Positions 13,471 to 26,090 of a stretch of DNA of 64,000 bases are shown here, piece after piece (position 1 is the first letter of the stretch; each line of letters starts with the position of its first letter). This DNA comes from Lytechinus pictus (Eukaryota). The position numbers and the translations under genes were made by a program. Below the pieces are notes generated by a model. It was given only the letters and a program-made list of their open reading frames with translations, ran no database searches and had not been told where the DNA came from. The DNA is taken from assembly GCF_037042905.1 (NCBI RefSeq), contig NC_087250.1:13828001-13892000 (forward strand). The letters are read 5' to 3'.

Positions 13471-15170
13471 ACAAGCTCTGCTTTTTAAATAGTTTGCCCT
13501 TCATATTCTCATCTTATTGATATATCTGTCTCCAATCCAAACGTTCAATTGTATAACATTTGTCTGATTTATTACGAATTATGGTGATGTATTGTATTAT
13601 GTTATTATCAATGATTTACTGTCTTTCGATGGACGTTACATTGTACAATGTATTTGATATTTTATGAGATATGAAAATAAACCAAACTGAACTGAACTGA
13701 AAAAAAATACAGTATTTTTCCTGCAACTTGCTCTCATTTCTTTATTTCTGCATCAATTTTAATCACACTTGGTTTAAATGATCCTTTGGTAATACCACAT
13801 GGATTTCTTGAGGATGATGGGATCAAAGATCATCTAGGGGTGAAAATGTCATATGAGCTCATGTCTCTCATTTTGTGTTTACACTTGGCAGTCCAACATT
13901 TATCACATACATGGCATATTAAATAATATATTTCGTCAACAGTTATGTTTATAGTCAGTATTCCACTCGTTTATCGTAATTATTTGCATTTTAGTGCTCA
14001 CTCTTGTGAATTTTTGACCCCCATTGCCATTGTACATAATACTGTTTGGGCTAGTGGCGGCTATTTTAAATATCAAAATACAACAATTTTCCCATACATG
14101 ACATAATAAATGATATATCTCGTTAATATTGATGATTTGCATACAGTACTTCGTTCATATATCATGATTTCTTGCAGTTGAGTGCTCGTTTTTGTGAAAA
14201 TTAGTTTTCCCTATTCATATTGTACATTAAAGAGTATACAGGGGCCTATGGCGGTCATTTTTAATATCCAGAAAATAAATATTTTGTCGAAAAATATTTT
14301 TGCAGAGTATTACACTCCTGCCACACAATTTCATGCATTTTATAGCCAATGTGCGGACAATTTTATGATTTTCATGGGTAATTTGCATATTTTGGCGGCT
14401 TTATTGGATTTTGCCAATTTGCGGAAAATGCTCAAGGTTGCACGAGTGGCATCATTCAGATTCGTAATCAGCACCCTCGAATTGACATGAAACCATAAAA
14501 AATATTGTATATATGAAAAAACAAGGTTATGCCTCTTCTATCCTGGACTATTACAAATAATCATAATACCACACATGTATTCATGAAGATCATAAGGTCA
14601 AAGTTCAAAAGATCATATTGCATATTTTATTGATTGCGAAATCAGGCAAAACTTGTTTGTTTTTGTGAACCACCTTGTTATACTTTGCATACAAAGTCTA
14701 TGGGAGACGAAATTGACAAATGAGTGATTTTGTTTCTTTCTAATTTGTCTGCTTAATTAATGTAGGGTTTAAAATAGTGTTTGATTGGTCTTCAGTAATA
14801 TCCGTTGAAAAAATAATGAAAAACCAACAATGAAAAAACAAAGAAATATACAAGAAATTCTAAAAACCAAGAAAAGTTTGGTTTTCGCAATTTTTCTTGG
14901 TGAAAACCATCTGGAAAAAAAATGAAAATCTTAAATAAAATTGCATATTAAATATTTATCATGAATAAATTAGCATAATTTATTCATACTACATACAAAA
15001 ATCATTATTTCAGACTTTTCTATACTGGTTTTTCATAAATTTGCATAATCTTCTTATAACATAAAGAATAATTATTTTAGAATTTGTTAAAATTCTGGTT
15101 TGTAGTGTAGTTTATGTGGTAGAGAATGTGCGTGCCAAATTTTGGTGCAAACGTCGGCCAAGACCATAAA

Positions 15171-15544
15171 CCCTATCTGAACTGGGATATTATACTGGGG
15201 GGGGGGGTCAATTTGACCCCCCCCCCCCTCAGATCTCGGGCATAAGTATGCATGTAGAACCAGATGTAAACTACAAGACTTATAGTAATATTTTCAAAAA
15301 TTAATTGCTAATATTTTTTATTAATCATGCAAATAGGCATATGAGATTTGCCCTAATTTTGTTTTTTGTGTGTATGTTTTTGCCTTTAACTCAATTTATA
15401 AAGCTAGTAGAATGTTAATTTTTGGTGTACATATATATAGATTTTTACATTTTTGTAGCGGCAAAATATGTCAAAGGGGGTCAAATTGACCCACTCCCCA
15501 GTTTAATAAGGGTTTATACCTCAAAAAGCCCAGTACATTTAGGG
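15171..15544. mobile_element. piggyBac-like MITE (CCCT...AGGG|TTAA); related fragment at ~11350-12880
   Basis: CCCTATCTGAACTGGG ... CCCAGTACATTTAGGG TTAA, internal GGGGTCAA(A)TTTGACC palindromes. Confidence 0.55.
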
Positions 15545-15865
15545 TTAACCAAGGTTAAGTTTTAGATCATCATAACTTTGAAAGTGTATTGGTCTACTAG
15601 TTGTTCAGGAAAATTGGACATAAAGGTATTCAAGTATCATTTATTGTCCTGTAAATGTTAAATAGCCCAGTGTATTTAGGGTTAACCAAGGTTCAAAGTT
15701 TTATAGATCATCATAACTTTGAAAGTATATGGGTCTACTAGTAGTTCATGAAAATTGGACCTAAAGGTATTCAATCATTTATTATCATGTACATGTTAAA
15801 TAGCCTATTGTATTTAGGGTTAACAAAGGTTAAAAGTTTTATAGATCATCATAACTTTGAAAGTA

Positions 15866-17526
15866 CACTGTTGGTCATAAAGGTGGAATATTTGTTTTTC
15901 ACCAAATTTTCACAGCGTAATTATTACAACATGATTTGAATATGGCATTTATGGTGCATGATAACCACTTTACTTTATTATTCTGCCTTTTACACACGTT
16001 TGACAGTGATATTTTACAAGTTTATGTCTTAAGCAATGGATGTCATGAGCATAGAACAACAATGACGACAATATACAGTAAATTAAAGGATCATGATATA
16101 TTTATTTTCAATCTCTCTCAGTTTTCCATATGAGTTTTTGTGTGATTTCATGGACAAATTTGCATCAAACTTGAGTCATTGTTCTTACTCAGTCACTAGT
16201 ATCGGGTATGTCCACCCCTGGCATGAACCAGCGCATGCAGACGTCGTGGCATGCTGTCCACTAGCTTGTTGATGACGTCAACAGGCATAGCGTCCCATTC
16301 TTCCCTCAGAGCATCTGCCAACTCCTGCAGATTTTGAGGAATGACCTCTCTGTCGTTGATGGCTCGGCCTAGGGCATCCCATGCATGCTCTATGGGGTTC
16401 ATATCTGGCGAACAAGCTGGCCATGGCAACTGTACGACGCCCTCTGCCTCCAGGAATTCCCTTACTGCAGCGGCCCTGTGCGGTCTAGCGTTGTCATCCT
16501 GCAGTCGGAAATTGTGCCCATACACTCGTCTTGCAAATGGAAGACAGTGGAACTCCAAGATATCCCTGTAGGCGGCGGCGTTGAGGTTTCCGTCCGGAAC
16601 CACCAGTGGCGTTTTCCCTCCATAATGGATGCCGGCCCATATCATCACTGAGCCGCCTCCGCCTTGAGTCGTCTCGTGGATACATTCATCGTGAAGGTTT
16701 TCCCCGGCTAATCGACGAACTCGTTGTCTCCCATCCTTTCGGTCAAGTATGAACCAGCTCTCGTCCATGAAGACCACATGTTGCCAATGTCCTGGATGAA
16801 GCCTTCTGTGCTCCCTAGCCCAAAGAAGACGAGCTACTCTGTGGCGAACAGACAGGCGTGGACATTTGTTCAACCGTCGTGCTCGGTAACCATGTTGGAG
16901 CAATCTGCGATTAACGGTTGACCGGGAAACCTTGATCCCATGATGTCTCCTCCACAAGCAACGAAGACGGCTCGTGGGCAATTTCCGGTTTCTGCGGCTG
17001 AAATTCAACAGTTGGCGATCATCTCTTCTTGTGGTCAATCTGGGACGTCCTGGAGATTTCCGTGGCCGCACATTCCATGCCTCACGTTGACGTTTCAGGA
17101 TCTTAGAGACTGCATCCTGTGATATCTCTAGGACTTCTGCGATATCAGTCTGCTTGTAGCCCTCCTATCGCAGTGCTACCACTCTCTCGCGTGTTGCTGT
17201 TGCCGTTGGACCAGGCATAGTCCAGGGAACGTCTCTACCGATTTTTATTTCAAACGGTACAAAAAACTCGAAAAAATGCAACCTTCTTATACACAGTGCT
17301 AAATCAGGGGAAGGGACAGAATATCATATGCATAGGTTTTTATAGTCTTCAACAAAAGAATTTATTACAAAATCCAAATTTCTTATGTTATAATGTCACC
17401 TGTGTAACGGGGAAACATTATGTAATCACTCAATTACCATTTTGTCTACGCGTAGCCTTTCAAATACCAACATTACTGTCGATTTTTGTTCAAAAATATT
17501 TTATTCCACCTTTATGACCAACAGTG
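15866..17526 (-). mobile_element. Tc1-family DNA transposon, full length
   Basis: 25-bp perfect TIRs CACTGTTGGTCATAAAGGTGGAATA, TA duplications at 15864-65 and 17527-28, internal transposase. Confidence 0.96.
16196..17218 (-). pseudogene. Tc1 DD34E transposase (340 codons) with one premature TAG at codon 18
   Basis: ATG at 17218, HTH-like N-terminus, GRPR motif, VFMDESWF / QDDNARPH / SPDMNPIE with 34 residues between D and E; in-frame TAG at 17165-17167. Confidence 0.92.
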
Positions 17527-19901
17527 TATATGGGTCTTGTAGTAGTTCAGGAAAATTGGACCTAGTGGTATTCAAGTATCATTTATTATCATGTTCATCT
17601 TAAATAGCCTAGTGTATTTATGGTTAACCAAGGTTAAAAATGTATAGATCATCACAACTTTGAAAGTATATGGGTCTATTAGTAGTTCAGGAAAATTGGA
17701 CCTAAAGGTATTCAATCATTTATTATCATGTACATGTTAAATAGCCTATTGTATTTAGGGTTAACAAAGGTTAAGTTTTAGATCATCATAGCTTTGAAAG
17801 TATATGGAAAAAATTGGACCTAAAGGTATTCAAGTATCATTTATTATCATGTACATGTTAAATAGCCCAGTGTATGTAGGGTGAACCAATGTTTAGTTTC
17901 AGATCATCATAACTTTGAAAGTATATTGGTCTACTTGTCTAGTAATTCAAGAAAATTGGACCTAAAGGTATTCAAGTATCAGTTATTATCATGTACATGT
18001 TTTATGTCACCTGATTCAGGTCAAAGGTCATTTAGGGTCAGTGAACTTTGACCATGTTGTGATATTATTAAATAATGTGAAGGTGCTTTCACCTGGTGCA
18101 GAAAGTAAGTAGGATGGGGGATCGGGTGTCCGGACACTTTATATTTTTGAAGCCTTCTTTTTTGTCTTAAGATTACACTAAAAATATGAATTCAATAGTT
18201 GTAATCATCTTCTATTTTGTTCTCTATAATATAGGAGAGATTAACTTGTAAGAACTCATTCTGGTAGAGTGTTAAAGCAGTCAGAAAGGCTAGGTTTGGA
18301 AAAAGTTTTGTACTACTACTACATATATTTATTCTATTTCAAATAATGTTATTTTGTTATACTCTCATACCTCGAGTAGGGGTAAATAGAATTAATATAT
18401 TATTATTTATTAATTAATAATATATTATTTTATTTTGGAAAAAAAAATAGGGTGAGTGTTCAGTGTGTTCACATCGTTGACTATGCAAGTTAAACTGTTA
18501 AAACAGTCATATTCAAAAGTGTGAATGTGATTTCACACTGGACTCCTTTACAGTTTGAGTGGTACATTATGCTCACATAGTGGACTATGTGGAAAAGTTA
18601 AAGCTGTTAAGGTATCGTTTCACTGTATGAGCAGCTGATTTAGAAAAATTCTCAAACTATAAGATGAAACTTATGTATGAGTGCTTGAATTTGTCCTTAA
18701 AAAAAACCCTGAAACAGACCACAATTTAGGATGAAAAACTCAAATTTAGACACAAGTAGCAATTTATTAGCTTGACTTTGATGACTGTCTCTAGACGCAT
18801 TTAGGTTATGCCCAGTTTTCTCAAAATTTCAAAAGCCTGTTGGCTGTGTTGAATGCTATCTGCTGTGTGTATTTCCTATGCACACGTTATTAGCTCCACT
18901 GTACAATCAGTGTACCTTACACACAGTGTGTGTTGTAGTGAACAGATTTGCTCTCTACACATAGTCATTGAAACCAACCCCCCCCCCTGATTATTTTCAA
19001 ACTTTGGTTTACATCTCTTAAAATAGTTCCTGTAGACATGATGCTTTGAAACTTTTTGGCAGGTATTTTTACAATATAAGCCTAATGTTTAGCCCATTTC
19101 CAAGAACCAAAATTTTTAAATAAAAACAAAGTGAAATTATCACTTTAAACGATTTCTGCACTGTTGAAACGATCATTCATTAAGAGTGTGAACGTTATTT
19201 CACACTGTGGACTCCTTTGCAATACGAGTGGCACATTATGTGGGACATTATGGGTCACGTTATGGTCACATAGTGGAAAGTCAAAACTGTGTTAACGATC
19301 ACTGCGCTGTTAAAATGGCCATATTTAATAGTGTGCATGTGATTTCACACTGTGGACACTTTGATAGTGTGAGTGTTCCAAGTGTGTTCACATTGCTAGT
19401 GGACCATGATTTTAAATGTGATGTACACAGTTAAAACAATCATATTTAACAGTATGAATGTGATTTTAGACTGTGGGACACTTTCCATTGTGTGTGTTCA
19501 CATAGTGGACGATGTGATTCGCACCATTAAATGAATCAAATCTAACCGTATGACAGTGATTTCACATTGTGTTCCACACTGTGAAGACACTGTGGGACAC
19601 TATGCTTTTTCAACATGGTTGTGTTGATGTTGAGAATTTATGTCTCCTGAAATCACTGATCCCTATTGGAAATAACACAGCGTCCCACAGTCTGTGCCAC
19701 AGTGTGTTCACAGTGTAGAACAATGTAAAATCACCTTCACACTTACATTTGACCATTTGAACAGTGTGGATCACATATTCACATAGGCAACCATGATTCC
19801 CATTGGAAATGCGACCAAGACCTGCCATATCAAACACATATAACCTTTTCATTAATTTTCTTTTTTATCTCTAGCTCCTCAAAATCAGGTGTTCTTTTTA
19901 A

Positions 19902-20809
19902 AGGGATGGTCCGGGCTGAAAATATTTATATCTTAATACATAAAGTAGAATTCACTGAGCAAAATGCCGAAAATTTCATCAAAATCAGATTACAAATAAT
20001 AAAGTTATTGAAGATGTTGTTTGAAGGTTTGCATGGTGGTATGTACAATCGCTGATGTGGTTTACGGTACACCATGTGAAGTGTTGTAGAAACAGTGGAT
20101 AGGAGAAGAGAAGAAATGGATAGGTGAGAAAGTGGAGATTTGAGAGTAGAGTATTCTTTCTTGAAAGTAGTCCTGAAAAGGACTGTAAACCAGGAAAGAT
20201 TGATGAGTTGAGAACAGCTTGAGTAGTAGAGCTAGTGAGGAGATGCTGGCTTGAGTCGGCGAGTAGAGATGATGAGTAGTAGAGAGACTCGACGTTTCGG
20301 GCAGGTTGACTGTCCGTCTTCAGGAGAGTTATTGAAGTTTAAAGTTTAGCAATATTTTGTAAAAACAGTCGTCATGAATATTCATTTGGTGGGCTGATGA
20401 TGTCACATCTCCACTTTCTGTTTTCTTATGTTATTACATAAAATCATATTTTTTTCATTATTTCATACTTGTGTGAATAATATGTCTCCCTTATAATGAA
20501 ATAAGTTGCAGCAACAAATATCTAATGCACTAAATCAGTTGTCGATCCAATTTTTTCTAGTTCTTGGAGGTAAAAAATTGAATAAACCTAATGTCATATA
20601 ATAAAATACAAAAGACCAAGTGGAGATATGACATCATCAACCCACGTAATGAATATTCATGAGGCCTGTTTACACAAAATATTGCTAAACTTTAAAGTTC
20701 AATAACTTTGTTATTTGTTATCCGATTTTGATGAAATTTTCGGCATTTTGCTCGGTGAATTCTACTCTATTCATTGAAGCTATAAATACTTTCAGCCCGG
20801 ACCATCCCT
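19902..20809. mobile_element. TTAA-specific (Kolobok-like) MITE
   Basis: TTAA|AGGGATGGTCCGGGCTGAAA ... TTTCAGCCCGGACCATCCCT|TTAA, long inverted arms. Confidence 0.85.
20014..20326 (-). mobile_element. Penelope-like retroelement pseudo-LTR fragment with a minimal hammerhead motif
   Basis: 11-bp TSD AGTTATTGAAG; minus strand CTC-CTGAAGA-CGGACAG-TCAAC-CTGCCC-GAAAC-GTC-GAG. Confidence 0.65.
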
Positions 20810-21656
20810 TTAACAACATTACACTCAAGTTTTTATTTTTTTTCTTTCTTCAAACTCTTTCTCCCACTGATCCCTACTCATCAATTTAAATTAAAAAACA
20901 TCAATATACGACTCTCCTCCTACAATGCTCATTTTGCATAAAATGATTTATAATATAGTATAATATTGGAATAATTATAAATTCAATATTATAAAATATA
21001 TCATGATGTCATTATGGGTAAAAGATGAAGTAGATGGGTTTTAGTTTGGCTGCTCTCCCTTCACATATTGTTGTTTTGTTTTTGTGTGTGTTTTATGTAT
21101 AAAATCTTTATTCAGATTGTTGTACACTATGTCTTTCTAAGTATACATGTAGAGACTTAATTTTTTTGCATTGTCTAACAAAATATTGAGATAAAAAACA
21201 TATGGGATACCCTATTCACATCTTTATTTAACAAATTATTTTATATATCACTTTTCTTATCTGCTGAGAGCTTTCAAATTCTTTATGTTTGGATTTTTTT
21301 CATCATACAATACTGCATTATTATACAGTAAATACAAGTGAAATTAACTGTTTTTTGTTTGTATTATGAGTTATAATCTTTGTTCAAAAAATGTATATCA
21401 CAATGTATATTTCATTTGTTATATTGCTGTATACATGTACTTCACTTTATTTTGTATATTTTATTTATTAACCTGTTTGAATGAAAAATGTGATATTATC
21501 TGAATAAAGGGTAAAAAGCATTAAAACAAATAACATCGATGAATTATTGTTTATCATATCATTAGAATGAGCAGAGAGTGATGTTTTGGGTGTATTTTCA
21601 GTGTCCTAAAGGTGAAACATGTACTTGTGTGACATCGCAGATCTTGTTCACATATG

Positions 21657-21958
21657 GGACCTTTCACATTTAGTACGGGGAAACTCTCTACAACGCATCG
21701 ATTCCTTTGAAAATGATGCAATTAAAATCACAATGGAGAGCTGAGAGGCTTCTGTTGGTGGACTTGGACATCCGAAGATTTGCACCGGACGAACAATATT
21801 GCAAATATGTCATCGTCCTGAGTCGAGAGATTCCGATGCTGTCCCGGTCCACGAACTTTCGACAAAAGCCTCTCAGCTCCCCCATTGTGATTTAACTTGC
21901 ATTTTTTAAGGAATTGGTGCGCCGTAGAGAGTTTCCCCGTAGTAAATGCGAAAAGTCC
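21657..21958. mobile_element. Palindromic MITE
   Basis: ~100-bp imperfect inverted arms (TACGGGGAAACTCTCTAC / GTAGAGAGTTTCCCCGTA). Confidence 0.65.
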
Positions 21959-22184
21959 GATGTAAAAAATTGGAGAATACCGATAGCACCCATGATCTTA
22001 GCATTCAGGTGTCCAATTTTACTCAAACTTTCGTGTATCTTACTCTTTCATATTTCAGCTTTCACACAAACTAACCTGTGGAATATAGGTTTCATTCTCG
22101 TTTAAGTTTTCTTATGTCATAGATGAAGGTCGAGGGAGACAGAGAGAGAAGGAGATGATACAGCGTGTCTTACCAAAAATGCTT

Positions 22185-22832
22185 GTGGTAAAAATATCTA
22201 TTCAAAACTGGTATAAATTTTATAGGATATCGTCCATTAAAACACAGAGATATAACTAGTATAAATGTTATGCGATATGGTCAATTGAACACAGAGGTAT
22301 GAGTCCTCTTTTAGCACTCGTCAGAAAACCTCTCGATCCTAGTTTTGTGTTAAGTATTACGTGTAAAGTCGCGTTCAACTAACACTTATCTATTCAAGTG
22401 GTGAAAATATCTATTCAACACTGGTATAAATTTTATGCGATATGGTCCATTGAAACACAGAGATATGAGTCTTATTTCAGCACTTGTCAGAAAAACTCTC
22501 GATCCAAATTTTGTGTTAAGTATTACGTGTAAAGTCACGTTCAGCTAACACTTGTCTATTCAAGTGGTGAAAATATCTATTCAAAACTGGTATAAATTTT
22601 ATGCGATATGGTCCATTGAAACAGAGATATGAGTCTTATTTCAGCACTTATCAGAAAACCTCTCGATCCAAGTTTTGTGTTAAGTATTACGTGTAAAGTC
22701 GCGTTCAGCTAACACTTATCTATTCAAGTGGTGAAGATATCTATTCAACACTGGTATAAATTTAATGCGATATGGTCCATTGAAACAGAGATATGAGTCT
22801 TATTTCAGCACTTATCAGAAGAATATCTATTC
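22185..22832. repeat. ~166-bp tandem repeat, ~3.5 copies
   Basis: ATATCTATTCAA(A/C)ACTGGTATAAATTT recurs near 22191, 22404, 22570, 22736. Confidence 0.9.
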
Positions 22833-25800
22833 ATTGGATGAGAAGAAATGGATAGGTCATCCACGAACCGTGAACAAAAGAAAATCCACCCCAGAAAATG
22901 TTGCTTTGAATAAATAGAGAAAAATCAAAGTAGCATAACGCTGAAAATTTCATGAAAATCGGATGTAAAATAAGAAAGTTACATTTTAAAGTTTCGCTTC
23001 TTTTTCACAAAACAATGTGATGCACAATGAGACAGTCAATGATGCCCCTCACTCACTATTTCTTTTGTTTTTTATTGTGTGAATTATACAATATTTTTTT
23101 TTACAGATTTGACTATAAGGACCAACTTGTCTGAACCATATATAGTATCAAACAATGTTCATTCCACATGTTCAGGGAGGAATTAATCGTTGTTTCACTT
23201 GACAATGAGAAGAAAATTAGAATATTTCATACAATAAAATAACAAAAGAAATAATGAATGGATGACGTCATCAGTCTCCTCATTTGCATACAGACCACGA
23301 AGTGCATATACATGTAAATATTTTGTGAAATTAAGCGAAACTTTAAAATGTCATAAGTAAACTTTCTTATTTTACATCCGATTTTGATGAAATTTTGATC
23401 AAAATTAGACAACAAATTACAAAGTTGTGGTATTTTAAAGATTTGCATTATTCCGTTGAAACAGTTCTAGGCATGTCTTCATGAATATTCAATGAGCAAA
23501 TTGATAATGTCATATCCCCACTTTTTTTTTTTTTTGGGGGGGGGTATTTTATTATGTGAATTTTTTTCTACCAAGAACCGAAAAAAATGGATTGACAACT
23601 GATTAAGTGCATTAGATATTCATTGCTGCAATTTATTTTATTATAGAGTAGAGACATTATTGTGAAGTCATCGGCCCACCTATAATGAGTATTCATGATG
23701 ACCTGCATATACCTATTTTTACAAAATTCAATAAATTCGTTATTTGTAATCTGACTTTGATAAAATTTTCAGCATTTTGTTCGGTTGATTCTTCTCTATT
23801 TATTTAGATATAGAATTTTTCAGCCCGGGGTACCCCTTTAAGATACATTTTATTGACAATAGCATGGACTGGATTCGTTTTGCTTTGTTATCAAGTTAAG
23901 CCAATACTTAAAGGAAAATGAAACCATTGAAACAGGATAGCTTGTGTAAAAACACACAGAAAATCAAAGAAACAGAAAAACAAAAGTTTGAGAAAAATCG
24001 AATGAATGATAAGAAAGTTATGAGCTTTTGCAATTTAGATTATTGTAATGTAGATCTTCCCACTGGCAATGCGACAAAGATGTGTGATGTCACGTGTGAA
24101 TAAATTTTCCATTACTTTTCTATAATATATTTCACTTAAAATGCCTCTTTTATCACATTAAGTAGATCATGTCTTCTCTCTACAGTGCGTATTAACAAAA
24201 AATGGGACACTTTTGAAAAGTCTATCAAAATTTTGTTTCAAATTAATGATGTCTATATTTTGTTGTTAATAGATGATCTGAAGTCCTATCTTTCAAATGC
24301 CATTAAAATATATTAGTTTCGTTCATGCTTGAGCGAACACGGAACACATTTGTGAGGGGTTAAAAAAAAGGCTTGCGCCAAATGGCAGGAAATGAGAAAA
24401 TACTGATCATTAGACTTCTTGCTAATCAGCAAACTTCCTTTAAATCTTTTCATTATCTCTGCCATAATTTTCGAATTATGCTGTCAAAATCCATTTACAA
24501 ATCTATTCATTTACTTAAATTGTTTTGTTGGTGTTTTTTAATATGGCATCTTAGCATTGAATGTACTCTCATAAGTAAAAACAAAAAATTGTCAACCCAA
24601 GTAAGGCGATTCGTATTATTAATGGGATAGCTTTAATTTGATCAAATCCTTTTATTGTGGGCTTCAAAGGTTTTGGTGCCTTTGAAAGACATGAAACCTT
24701 CTGTAAGAATTTATATTATCCTGTCAACATGGTCAAGCACACAATTTGACCTGTTCAAGGAATCAATGTCCCCTTTACAATAGGATGCATGTCTTTCAAT
24801 GCACCATAACCTTTATTGCACATAAAAAAAGGATATGAATAAATTACGAGCTCTCTCATTAATAAGGGATATCTCCTTACTAAGGTTGACAATTTTTGTT
24901 CTAACTTATGAAAGAATATTCAATGCTAAAAGATAACATTTTTATATGAAACAAGATGGTTTGCGAAACATATAAATCTCTCCTGATTTTGCGATAATTC
25001 AAATAGGCAATATAATCTTTTGACCCCAAGACGACCTTTGACCCCATCATCCTCATGGATACACATGTAGTATTACCCAAGGTTCATTATGTGCCAAGTA
25101 TGAACATGATTGATGCAGAAATAAAGAAATCAGAGCAAGTTGAACAAAAACTTCAGAAAAGGATGGACATGACCACATATCATTTGACCTTTTGACCCGG
25201 GCCCCTAGACGACCTTCGACCTCATCATCCTCATGGACAGAAATGTTAAATTATCCAATGATAATATTTACCAATTATGAACGTAATTGATGCAAAAATA
25301 AAGAAATGACAGCAAATTGAATAAAACTAACAAGAAGTCTAATTATCAATATTTTCTAATTTTCTGTCATTTGGCGCAAGCCCTTTTTGAACCCCTCGCA
25401 AAAACGGCTTGTGTTCGCTCAAGCATGAACGAAACTCACTTAAAAAAAAAGCATCTATTGACATCAAAATAAAGACATCATAATTTGAAACAAAATTTCG
25501 ATAGACTTCTGAACTTTCCCGTTTTTGTCTCACCTGCATAGCAGAGTGAGACTATAGGCGCCGCTTTTCCGACGGCGGCAGCGGCGGCGTCAACACCAAA
25601 TCTTAACCTAAGGTTAAGTTTTTGAAATGTCATCATAACTTAAAAAATATATGGACGTAGTTCATGAAACTTGGACTTAAGGTTAATCAAGTATTATTGA
25701 ACATCCTGCTTGAGTTTCACGTCACATGACCAAGGTCAAAGGTCATTTAGGGTCAATGAACTTTGGCCAAATTGGGGGTATCTGTTGAATTACCATCATA

Positions 25801-26090
25801 ACTTTGAAAGTTTATGGATCTGATTCATGAAACTTTTACATAATAATAATCAAGTATCACTGAACATCCTGTGCAAGTTTAAGGTCACATGATTGAGGTC
25901 AAAGGTCATTTAGGGTCAATGAACTTTGGCCAAATTGGGGGTATTTGTTGAATTACCATCATAACTTTGAAAATGTATTGGTCTAGTTCATAAAACTTGG
26001 ACATAAGAGTAATCAAGTATCACTGAACATCCTGTGCGAATTTCAGGTCACATGACCAACGTCAAAGGTCAATGAACTTTGAACTTTGAA

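Larger units (their letters stand above)
15527..18060 (+). repeat. ~135-bp tandem array (6 units) interrupted by the Tc1
   Basis: Recurrent TTTAGGGTTAACCAAGGTT-like junction near 15541, 15678, 15815, 17620, 17757, 17878. Confidence 0.85.

Noticed and set aside
18440..19800. CACAC/GTGTG-rich degenerate region
   Set aside because: Probably an old repeat, but I could not define termini, TSD or period, so it is not called.
22185..22832. Possible CRISPR-like array (also 61855-62400)
   Set aside because: Whole units repeat with no unique spacers, no cas genes, eukaryotic context.
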